Of a DNA stretch of 64,000 nucleotides, positions 8,766 to 16,055 are shown one piece after another; position 1 is the first letter of the stretch, and every line of letters begins with the position of its first letter. The DNA comes from Minisyncoccota bacterium. GTDB lineage: Bacteria > Patescibacteriota > Minisyncoccia > Phycocordibacterales > Phycocordibacteraceae. The stretch spans positions 2,157-66,156 of the forward strand of contig JBAZRE010000003.1 of the NCBI GenBank assembly GCA_041663025.1. The letters are read 5' to 3'. The notes under the pieces were generated by a model that made no database searches, had not been told where the DNA came from, and saw nothing but the letters and a program-made list of their open reading frames with translations. The position numbers and the translations under genes were made by a program.

Positions 8766-10000
8766 TGCTCCTGCCTGCTGCCAACTAGCTTTTCAAGTTC
8801 CTCGCGGACAACATCGGCATCGCTCCAAGGTATTCTCGTGCCGCGCGCACTCATGATGAACGGGTCTGTGCCCTTGCCTGTGATGAGGACAGCATCGCCA
8901 GGGAGCGCGGCGCGGAGCGCCGCACGTATCGCTTCGCGGCGATCCATGATGATCTCAGGCGGGCGTGTCATACCGCCAGCCATTTCATCAACAATCTTTT
9001 TAGGATCTTCGTCATACGGGTCTTCGTTGGTGAGAATAACTTTTCCGCATGATTCATCGGCAATGCGACCCATCTCCGGTCGCTTCCAGGTGTCACGTCC
9101 GCCGCCGGTGTTGCCCAGCACACAGATTTTTCTATGTTTTTGAAATGCATCATATAGTGCGCGAAGCGAATCTGGTGTGTGCGCATAATCAACAATAGCG
9201 ATGAAATTTTGCCCTGCCTCAATGCGTTCGGCGCGACCACCGATGCGCAAGAGCCCAGCCAGTGCCTCTGCACAGGTCTCAAGCGGCACACCGAGCGCCT
9301 CGGCAGTCTTTAATGCTGCAAGTGCATTCATAAGGCTGAAATTTCCCGGTTGCTTGATCGAAAAATGGACGCCTTTATATGAGAAAGAGACACCATCTTC
9401 ACTTACCCGAGCATCTCCTGCATCGGCAAAAGAAAATGGGATTCTTTTTTCTACATCGAGTGCGAGAAATGCCGCACCATACGCATCATCTGCATTTGCA
9501 ACAATAGTGCGCGGACGCTTTGACGAGTGCACGAGTGCTTGGCCAATTCTAAATTTCGCATTGAAATATTTCTCCATAGAACCATGTGATTCTAAATGTT
9601 CTTTTTGGAGATTTGTGAAAATAAGCGCATCAAGCTCAAGACCGAGGTGTCGATATTGCAGGGCGGCTTCACTTGTAATCTCAATAATGGCATGGGTGCA
9701 TCCTTTACCTCTCGCCTCGGCAAGAAACTTCTGAATGAAGCCGCGTCCTGGCAGCGTCATCTTGAAGAGGTTTGGTCGAGAATCTTTTCCTGTTGCGAAA
9801 CGAATGGTGCTGGCAAGAGCTGTCTCATGGCCCGCCGCCGTGAGGATGGTGTGGAGCATCTCTGCAACTGAAGATTTGCCCTTCGTCCCTGTCACGCCGA
9901 TGACGGTGAATTTTTTTGCAGGGAAACCATGTCTGAGTGCGGCCGATGCCGCAAAAGCGTAGTGATAGGGCGTGAGAAGTGTTCGCCGCAGATGCATCAT
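8762..10000 (-). CDS. murE: Mur ligase family protein (MurE-like UDP-MurNAc-tripeptide synthetase, short N-terminus)
   Basis: 412 aa. P-loop VIGVTGTKGKSS, DYAHTPDSL (MurE signature DYAHxPD), and a C-terminal Mur ligase domain. Confidence 0.75.
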   Translation of the reverse strand: MMHLRRTLLTPYHYAFAASAALRHGFPAKKFTVIGVTGTKGKSSVAEMLHTILTAAGHETALASTIRFATGKDSRPNLFKMTLPGRGFIQKFLAEARGKGCTHAIIEITSEAALQYRHLGLELDALIFTNLQKEHLESHGSMEKYFNAKFRIGQALVHSSKRPRTIVANADDAYGAAFLALDVEKRIPFSFADAGDARVSEDGVSFSYKGVHFSIKQPGNFSLMNALAALKTAEALGVPLETCAEALAGLLRIGGRAERIEAGQNFIAIVDYAHTPDSLRALYDAFQKHRKICVLGNTGGGRDTWKRPEMGRIADESCGKVILTNEDPYDEDPKKIVDEMAGGMTRPPEIIMDRREAIRAALRAALPGDAVLITGKGTDPFIMSARGTRIPWSDADVVREELEKLVGSRQEQ

Positions 10001-10542
10001 GAGTGAGAAGAGAGCGCTGCCTTTAATCGCACGTCTTTGCCGACAGCATCATCGGGGATTGCCTGGAGTGCTTTGCGCGCCTCGCGTTCGGTGTAGCCGA
10101 GCGCGACGAGGGTATCAAAGACTTCATTGTCGGCATTGTCATGCGAGCGTGGGCCAACTTTTTCAGCGAGCTCCACCAACATTTTCTCTGCGCTTTTCTT
10201 GCCGAGCCCGACAATCTTAGTGAGATAATTAAGGTCGCGCTTGCTAATAGCACCCTCAAGCGCCTCGCGCGGCGCTCGGCGCAACACCGAGAGTGCCGTT
10301 TTGGGGCCCACACCAGAAACCGAAAGTATGAGTTCAAAAAAGTCTCTATCAGCTGCGTCTATGAACCCATAGAGATCCACACCGTCTTGTTTGATGGTGA
10401 GGTGGGTCGCGAGAGTCGCTTCACTCCCCACCAAGAGCGCCTCGGGAGCATTCATGCGCACCTCAACCCCCAGCCCCGCGACCTCAACAATCGCGCTGGC
10501 CGGACTTATAGAGAGCACCTTCCCGCGTATCTGCCGAATCAT
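9997..10542 (-). CDS. ruvA: Holliday junction DNA helicase subunit RuvA
   Basis: 181 aa. N-terminal OB domain (MIRQIRGKVLSISPASAIVEVAGLGVEV), helix-hairpin-helix pairs, and a C-terminal RuvB-interaction domain. Confidence 0.85.
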   Translation of the reverse strand: MIRQIRGKVLSISPASAIVEVAGLGVEVRMNAPEALLVGSEATLATHLTIKQDGVDLYGFIDAADRDFFELILSVSGVGPKTALSVLRRAPREALEGAISKRDLNYLTKIVGLGKKSAEKMLVELAEKVGPRSHDNADNEVFDTLVALGYTEREARKALQAIPDDAVGKDVRLKAALSSHS

Positions 10543-10591
10543 GTGTTCATCTTATCACCCACGTTGACTTTCTGGAGAATTACTGGGCTAC

Positions 10592-10619
10592 TTGACAAAA
10601 TAGCCGAGTCGTGTATACT
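10592..10619 (+). promoter_or_regulatory. Sigma70-like promoter (TTGACA-N16-TATACT) reading toward DGR-1 target gene
   Basis: TTGACA at 10592-10597 and TATACT at 10614-10619 in the ruvA/target divergent intergenic region, about 160 nt upstream of the 10779 start. Confidence 0.5.
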
Positions 10620-10778
10620 AGTAGATAGTAAGTTCTTTGACACTAATTTGCGAGTGGTCATAGCCAAAAGACGCTGTAAATACGGCCTTTTCTGGCTATG
10701 ACCACAGACGGCCATAGTTCCACCTCGGAGGAGAGGACAATTCTAATGGGCGAATAAGCCCAACGAAAGGAGAACAAA

Positions 10779-11375
10779 ATGGACTTTGCATCGAAAAACC
10801 TTACGGCTGGTCAGTTAAACGCAATCGTGAAAAAACTCGGCGGTGAAGAAATGGCTTTACGATTTCTTCGTGATGAGCTTACGGTTTCTGAACCGATTGC
10901 GAAAAAACTTCTCAACTTTGTCACCACGACCAACGTTTCCGAAGTCACCTCGTTCATCGTCAAGGACAAATTCCGCGAAGGTAAGACGACCGACGGCGTG
11001 AAAATCGCATGGCTTGGTTCCAACTTCAAAGAAAACTTCCTTGGCAAAACGGAACGGGGTATCGCTTCGGCGACACTTCGTATCCAGAAGCTAACGAAAG
11101 ACTCTTTGGACGCCCCGATTCTGACAGAACTTGGCGATACGGCGGAAACGACACTTGCACAACTCTGGGAACTGATGAAGCTGCAGGGCTCCGGCCAAGA
11201 AGGAAAACTCCTCGTTAACGGTTGGGCGAATATCGTCTATATCCGCGACAAGAACGAAAACCTCTGGGCCGTGTACGCGCGCTGGAGCTCCGGCAGCGAC
11301 GGGTGGGTCGTTGGAGCCTATTCGGTCGAGAGCCCGGGTAGGTGGGGTGCCGACTTTCAGGTCGTCTCCCGCTGA
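10779..11375 (+). CDS. DGR-1 target (variable) protein; C-terminal 37 aa encoded by the variable repeat
   Basis: 198 aa with no signal peptide. The C-terminus ...LWAVYARWSSGSDGWVVGAYSVESPGRWGADFQVVSR is encoded by VR1, which matches TR1 except at TR adenines. Confidence 0.8.
   Translation: MDFASKNLTAGQLNAIVKKLGGEEMALRFLRDELTVSEPIAKKLLNFVTTTNVSEVTSFIVKDKFREGKTTDGVKIAWLGSNFKENFLGKTERGIASATLRIQKLTKDSLDAPILTELGDTAETTLAQLWELMKLQGSGQEGKLLVNGWANIVYIRDKNENLWAVYARWSSGSDGWVVGAYSVESPGRWGADFQVVSR
11262..11374 (+). repeat. DGR-1 variable repeat (VR1), 113 bp
   Basis: Aligns base-for-base with TR1 (11688-11800). I count 17 mismatches, and every one is A in TR1 versus T, G or C in VR1. Confidence 0.9.
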
Positions 11376-11405
11376 TTCTTTTCAACTCTGATCTTTTTGA
11401 ACCTT

Positions 11406-11456
11406 AGACCCTTTGAATCTTTGCCATTTTGGCATTGAAACGAAGGGTCTTTTGTT
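11406..11456 (+). terminator. Intrinsic terminator after DGR-1 target gene
   Basis: agaccctt...gccattttggc...aagggtct nested hairpin followed by TTTTGTT. Confidence 0.55.
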
Positions 11457-11687
11457 ATAATAAAAACAAGGATGTCTTGGGTGCGGCGAGCATGCTCTTC
11501 GCACAGCGCCTTGGGAAATCAGTACTCCAGAATTGTGTCGAGCATGCTCGCCATGAGCGCGGGTACGATTGTCCAAAAAAAGATTAGAATCGGTGTGCGA
11601 TGTTGGTGGACTTTGATGTCCCGAATCAGGTACAACCTTGAGAGTATTCAAGAGGTGGTGGTATGGATGGCATCACACACAAACGTG

Positions 11688-11800
11688 CTCTGGGCCGTGA
11701 ACGCGAACTGGAACTCCGGCAACGACGGGTGGAACGTTGAAGCCAATTCGGTCGAGAACCCGAATAGGTGGAGTGCCGACAATCAGGTCGTCTCCCGCAA
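11688..11800 (+). repeat. DGR-1 template repeat (TR1), 113 bp
   Basis: Asn-codon (AAC) rich copy of VR1. Reading frame LWAVNANWNSGNDGWNVEANSVENPNRWSADNQVVSR. Followed by a hairpin plus T-run at 11812-11840. Confidence 0.9.
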
Positions 11801-12208
11801 CTCTCGTCTTTTCCCGTCTCCACTTGGAGGCGGGTTTTTCGCTATAATACCTCTCTTCCATCCACCGACCATGCGTCCTATTTCTTCAACATCTTTCCCG
11901 AGTGATATAAAATGGCTCTGCGCCATGAGTCCTGATTCCCACGCGATTTGGATAAAGAAGCGAACAGCATCAACAGCACGAATTGCTTCTTCAAGTGGGG
12001 GCAATTTTTGGTCGATCGATGCGTATGCGGTTTTACGTAGTGCGTCTAATAAGTTAAGCCAGAGCTTGTCGATCCGGTCACCAATACCGAAGCGCTCTGA
12101 ACGCGCCATTTTCCGATGAGCGACGAGCCAAATTTTGTAAGCGACTTTAGCTCGCTCAATCACCGGCAAAAGCTTCTGGGGGGGGGTTACTTCTAGGAAG
12201 AAATTCAC
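11783..12208 (-). CDS. avd: Avd-like accessory variability determinant (four-helix-bundle protein, 23S rRNA IVS protein family)
   Basis: 141 aa with heptad-rich helical pattern FGIGDRIDKLWLNLLDALRK...EEIGRMVGGWKRG resembling phage BPP-1 Avd and PF05635 proteins. It lies between TR1 and the RT but on the opposite strand. Its N-terminus overlaps the poly-G tract as poly-Pro. Confidence 0.7.
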   Translation of the reverse strand: MNFFLEVTPPQKLLPVIERAKVAYKIWLVAHRKMARSERFGIGDRIDKLWLNLLDALRKTAYASIDQKLPPLEEAIRAVDAVRFFIQIAWESGLMAQSHFISLGKDVEEIGRMVGGWKRGIIAKNPPPSGDGKRRELRETT

Positions 12209-13187
12209 TCATACGTATGAGAGTATCATTTCGGTTGAAAATATTCTCGGCGCGTGGCGAGAATTTATAAAAGGGAAGAGGAAACGTACTGACGTACAAG
12301 AATTTGAAAGATATTTGATGCATAACGTTTTAGAACTGCACCAAGAACTCGTGGCAGGCACCTATCAACATGGCGGCTATCACCATTTCAAGATCAGCGA
12401 CCCCAAGCCGCGCGACATTCATAAAGCGAGTGTGCGTGACCGACTGGTACACCACGCTCTTTATCGTCAACTCTATCCATTTTTTGACAAAACGTTCATC
12501 AGCGATTCGTATTCATGCCGAAGAGAGAAGGGGACACATAAGGCGATGAACCGCTTCAGAGCCTTTGCGCGCAAGGTTTCTAAAAATAATACGCGCACCT
12601 GTTGGGTGTTGAAGTGCGATATCAGAAAATTCTTCGCATCTATCGATCAAGCCAAACTCATACAGATTCTTAAACAGCGAATATCAGACGAACGCATTGT
12701 CCAGCTTGTTGAGAAAGTCATCACGAGTTTCTCAAGTACTGAAAAAGGGAAGGGTCTACCACTCGGGAACCTCACCTCACAACTCCTCGTAAACATCTAT
12801 ATGAACAAGTTTGATCAGTTTGTTAAACATGAGCTAAAAGCAAAGCATTATATTCGCTACGCTGATGACTTTGTATTTTTATCATCCGACCGTTCATTTC
12901 TTACCTCACTTTTGCCCCTTATTCATAATTTTCTACATGACCATCTCGCTCTTGAGTTACATCCAGGTAAGGTCTCTATCAACACGCTTGCATCCGGCAT
13001 TGATTTCCTCGGCTGGGTGCATTTTCCAGACCATCGCGTTTTACGCACCTCTACCAAAAAGCGGATGTTCCGGCGTATTATAGAAACGAAAAGTAGGAAA
13101 GAAACAGTGCAGTCATATCTCGGCCTCTTGAGTCATGGCAACACACATAAACTGCAATCAGTTGCATTTTCTGACTACAACCTATAA
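12150..13187 (+). CDS. DGR reverse transcriptase (copy 1). Track ORF starts at TTG 12315, but the conserved RT N-terminus is in frame from 12150 with no ATG/GTG/TTG
   Basis: LPLGNLTSQLLVNIY is the DGR-specific [IVL]GxxxSQ motif (replacing QGxxxSP). RYADDFVF is the YxDD active site. Upstream in-frame codons encode ...KKFTHTYESIISVENILGAWREFIKGKRKRTDVQEFERYL, the conserved N-terminal extension of DGR RTs. Confidence 0.85.
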   Translation, partial: ARSITGKSFWGGVTSRKKFTHTYESIISVENILGAWREFIKGKRKRTDVQEFERYLMHNVLELHQELVAGTYQHGGYHHFKISDPKPRDIHKASVRDRLVHHALYRQLYPFFDKTFISDSYSCRREKGTHKAMNRFRAFARKVSKNNTRTCWVLKCDIRKFFASIDQAKLIQILKQRISDERIVQLVEKVITSFSSTEKGKGLPLGNLTSQLLVNIYMNKFDQFVKHELKAKHYIRYADDFVFLSSDRSFLTSLLPLIHNFLHDHLALELHPGKVSINTLASGIDFLGWVHFPDHRVLRTSTKKRMFRRIIETKSRKETVQSYLGLLSHGNTHKLQSVAFSDYNL

Positions 13188-13210
13188 GCTACAGCCTACA
13201 ACCTATTTAT

Positions 13211-13477
13211 ATGGCAATTACCAGTTCAGCAAAGAAGGCGATCCGCTCCTCGGGGCGGAAGCATGTCTTTAACCTGCGTCGCAAGGGGGCGCTTCATGAC
13301 ACGACTAAGTCGTTCACCAAAGCGCTTGCTGCCAAGGATGTGAAGGGTGCAGAAAAGCTCCTCCCCGCAGCCTATAAGGCAATCGACAAGGCCTGCAAGA
13401 GTGGGATCATCAAGAGCAACACCGCAGATCGCAAGAAGGCGCGTCTCGCCGCCTCAATCAAACGCGCACAAGCGTAA
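13211..13477 (+). CDS. rpsT: 30S ribosomal protein S20
   Basis: 88 aa. MAITSSAKKAIRSSGRKHVFNLRRK...KARLAASIKRAQA is the typical S20 basic helical protein. Confidence 0.85.
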   Translation: MAITSSAKKAIRSSGRKHVFNLRRKGALHDTTKSFTKALAAKDVKGAEKLLPAAYKAIDKACKSGIIKSNTADRKKARLAASIKRAQA

Positions 13478-13487
13478 ACTCAAAAAG

Positions 13488-13559
13488 TGCCCTCGACAGG
13501 AATCGAACCTGTACCACCTCCTTCGGAGGGAGATATTGTATCCATTCAACTACGAGGGC
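13488..13559 (-). tRNA. tRNA-Arg (anticodon CCG)
   Basis: Reverse complement GCCCTCGTAGTTGAATGGATACAATATCTCCCTCCGAAGGAGGTGGTACAGGTTCGATTCCTGTCGAGGGCA. Anticodon stem TCTCC/GGAGG with loop CTCCGAA. Confidence 0.8.
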
Positions 13560-13757
13560 GAAGCGAGGAAACAAGAATGCGTCCTCGGATTCTTGTTCTC
13601 CGAACGAGCCCTCGTATCGAATCCGAGAAGATACGAGGGCATTCCTCAACCGATACTACACCAGTTTGTGGTCACTGATAATTCAATCGCCGTCGCAATT
13701 GAATTTCCTCGACCCCGTCTCGCGGCTCAGCTTGCTAGCTGAACATCGCTCCGACCG

Positions 13758-13805
13758 GCACAGAAATAGAAAACACCGCGCAGGCGGTGTTTTCTATTTC
13801 TGTGC
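13758..13805. terminator. Perfect 22 bp-stem hairpin abutting the 3' end of tRNA-Arg(GCG); likely terminator or processing signal
   Basis: gcacagaaatagaaaacaccgc / gcag / gcggtgttttctatttctgtgc. The last 3 nt are the tRNA 3' end. Confidence 0.5.
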
Positions 13806-13875
13806 CCCCACGAGGAATCGAACCTCGATTACGACCTCCGCAAGGTCGCGTCCTGATCCGTTGAACGACAGGGGC
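13803..13875 (-). tRNA. tRNA-Arg with anticodon read as GCG (unusual isoacceptor, tentative)
   Basis: Reverse complement GCCCCTGTCGTTCAACGGATCAGGACGCGACCTTGCGGAGGTCGTAATCGAGGTTCGATTCCTCGTGGGGGCA. Anticodon stem CGACC/GGTCG with loop TTGCGGA. T-arm CGAGG/CCTCG. Acceptor has two G-U pairs. Confidence 0.6.
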
Positions 13876-13880
13876 GGTAT

Positions 13881-14288
13881 TTACTCTTCGTACTTCTGTG
13901 CAATCTGTTGTCCGAGTGAGAGAAGCTCTCTTAGTATCGAACTACCGGAATAGACGATAGAACAGATGCCTCGAAAGTTTTTCCGAAAACGCTTCAGCAC
14001 ACTTCGCTTTTTAACATAGATTTTACCAAATTGCGACTCTGGTACCCCGAGAAGCTTTGACCAGAAGGCAATTGATTCACGATGTTTATGATAATAATGG
14101 AGGTGTAAACGGACACGGATCTTACTTTCATCTAATGAATACGATGATCGTAGGAGTGTTAAATATAATTTTGCCAACGCAGGATCCGTATTTACGAACT
14201 TCATTTGAGCTTTTGCTCCCTCTGCCCAGTACAACATGGCAAGGAGCGATTTTTGGACGTTTTTATCCTTGATTGGTAACCGTATCAA
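13881..14288 (-). CDS. Putative single-motif LAGLIDADG-family homing endonuclease; ends 5 nt upstream of tRNA-Arg(GCG)
   Basis: 135 aa. SLLAMLYWAEGAK resembles the LAG(L/F)(I/V)DGEG motif. Basic C-terminal region KIYVKKRSVLKRFRKNFRG is typical of DNA-binding endonuclease tails. Assignment is weak. Confidence 0.4.
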   Translation of the reverse strand: MIRLPIKDKNVQKSLLAMLYWAEGAKAQMKFVNTDPALAKLYLTLLRSSYSLDESKIRVRLHLHYYHKHRESIAFWSKLLGVPESQFGKIYVKKRSVLKRFRKNFRGICSIVYSGSSILRELLSLGQQIAQKYEE

Positions 14289-14343
14289 TACCTTTTTGCT
14301 TTTTCAGAAGCTAGCATCAGGCGGTCCTCATGTTGTGGATAAG

Positions 14344-14817
14344 TTAGAATCCGAGCCAGGCCGCCACTAGATCGATGAAAGAGTGTGTGTGTTCGCTTTC
14401 CTCAACGTGTTGGATGAAGTGCAGATATACCGACTCAGCATCGACCCCTTCAAGTGGGATGACGAGATGCGGCGAAAACCACGTCTCATTCTTGATAGAG
14501 AGCAGGGGCGGCAATTCGCCCTCGATATCTTCAAGGATCGAAAAGGAGATCATATGGTCAAAGGAGTGGAGATCATCTCCAATAAACAATCCCTGCTCAA
14601 CGAGGCGAAAGCGGTGCAGGGGCGGCTGTTTAGCCGCATGGAGTGCGATGGTGGCAGCAGCAACGATGACCAAGAAGGCGAGCAGATAGTTGCCGAAGAG
14701 TATCGTCGCGATTGCTATCGCTGCAGCGATGATACCGAGTACCCAGTACCAATCAGCACTCTTCGGCACATGGTCGTATTCTCTCCCTTCCCATTCTACG
14801 AGTGCGGTGCGGGGCAT
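14344..14817 (-). CDS. Hypothetical membrane protein (2 predicted TM helices)
   Basis: 157 aa with hydrophobic segment WYWVLGIIAAAIAIATILFGNYLLAFLVIVAAATIAL. No recognisable motif. Confidence 0.4.
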   Translation of the reverse strand: MPRTALVEWEGREYDHVPKSADWYWVLGIIAAAIAIATILFGNYLLAFLVIVAAATIALHAAKQPPLHRFRLVEQGLFIGDDLHSFDHMISFSILEDIEGELPPLLSIKNETWFSPHLVIPLEGVDAESVYLHFIQHVEESEHTHSFIDLVAAWLGF

Positions 14818-14844
14818 GGGGAAAGTATATCACTGCACACACGG

Positions 14845-16041
14845 TTACTGTGTCGGTACCGGCTCTCTATTGATATGTACTATCTTGGCTGGTTTGAAAC
14901 CGTTAAAGGATGTCGCAGAGGCATTTGAATACGCCCCGATATTTTCAGCATAGAGCAAATCCTCAATCTGCAAATCCTCAGGCAACTCATCGGAGAGAGA
15001 AATGGTGTCGAGTGCATCGCAGGTTGGGCCGAAGGTGGCGCACATTTTTTCCTCACCCTCTTTAAAGGCGTGAAGCGGGTAGTGCTGATGATCAAAAATC
15101 TGCCCAGAAAAGGTGTGGTACACACCATCATCCAAGTAATAACACGTCTTCCCGTCACGGATGGCTTTACCGATGATTTTAGTCACGACGGTGCATGCGG
15201 TCGCCACCATAAAACGACCTGGCTCGGCGATAATTTGAATGTTGTCATTGGCGAACCGGCGCTTTATTTCAGAATTCAATTTTTTAGCCAAAACCGCAAA
15301 CGATTTTACATCCGGCGTATATTTAACAGGGAAGCCGCCGCCGATATCGAGGACTTTAATTTTCCGTCCCTCTTTGTCAGTAAATCCTATTGAGTAGTTT
15401 CTTAATCGTGCCTCTTCAAAAATAGAGAAGGCAAAGTTCAAGGCCTGTGAATAATTATCAAAATTGCAGCACTGGCTACCCACGTGGAAGCTTATCCCCT
15501 CAACCGTCAGCCCCCTCTCGACAGCCCCTGCCAGCAGATCAATTGCTTCTCCTGGGTGGACACCAAACTTTGAAGAAAGCTCTACCATAGAGCCTGTGTT
15601 GGGCACGCGAATACGCAAAATCAGGCCAGCATCGGGGGCATACTGCTTTATCTTTTTAAGTTCTTCAACATTGTCAAACGTAACGAGGATTTTATATGGG
15701 TTTAATTTTTTCAGGATTTTAGACGGCTTGATAGTATTGGCATAAATAATTTTATCCCAGATAAAGTCCTGCCGTTCTTTTTCAGAAAAATCTTTGATAT
15801 TTTCATAGACGAGTTTAAATTCTGCAAAAGAAGCCACGTCAAAACTGGAGCCCAGGTCATACAAGGTTTTGACGATCTCAGGAAGAGAATTAGCTTTGAC
15901 GGCAAAATATGCCTGAACATCCGGCAATTTTTCCTTGAATTCTCGGTAATTTTCTCTAATTTTTTCATGGTCAACGACAAGGACTGGCGTGCCATGTTCG
16001 GCAGCAATTTTCTGTAACAATTTTTTTCGTTGTTCAGTCAT
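14845..16041 (-). CDS. PLP-dependent ornithine/lysine decarboxylase (alanine-racemase-fold, ODC-like)
   Basis: 398 aa. YAVKAN PLP-lysine motif, GGGFPV, and active-site FGPTCDALD matching the eukaryotic-type ODC signature GPTCDGLD. Confidence 0.75.
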   Translation of the reverse strand: MTEQRKKLLQKIAAEHGTPVLVVDHEKIRENYREFKEKLPDVQAYFAVKANSLPEIVKTLYDLGSSFDVASFAEFKLVYENIKDFSEKERQDFIWDKIIYANTIKPSKILKKLNPYKILVTFDNVEELKKIKQYAPDAGLILRIRVPNTGSMVELSSKFGVHPGEAIDLLAGAVERGLTVEGISFHVGSQCCNFDNYSQALNFAFSIFEEARLRNYSIGFTDKEGRKIKVLDIGGGFPVKYTPDVKSFAVLAKKLNSEIKRRFANDNIQIIAEPGRFMVATACTVVTKIIGKAIRDGKTCYYLDDGVYHTFSGQIFDHQHYPLHAFKEGEEKMCATFGPTCDALDTISLSDELPEDLQIEDLLYAENIGAYSNASATSFNGFKPAKIVHINREPVPTQ

Positions 16042-16055
16042 GGTGATTGTTGCGT

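Noticed and set aside
8968-9734. Several 80-180 aa plus-strand track ORFs inside the Mur ligase gene, and similar antisense ORFs inside polA, recA, ftsK, ileS and the 57544 gene
   Set aside because: All lie antisense to or overlapping long, motif-validated genes, are low-complexity, and lack start-site context. Treated as GC-driven open frames.
11472-12119. 215 aa plus-strand ORF spanning TR1
   Set aside because: The frame is open only because TR1 is a near-copy of the VR coding sequence (it translates to the Asn-rich template version of the target C-terminus). There is no independent evidence of a gene, and it overlaps avd1 on the other strand.
13560-13650. Possible third tRNA between the two tRNA-Arg genes
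   Set aside because: Has an acceptor-like 7 bp stem and a T-arm-like loop, but no D-arm or anticodon arm. It was kept as a tRNA-derived minihelix-like hairpin in findings, not as a tRNA gene.
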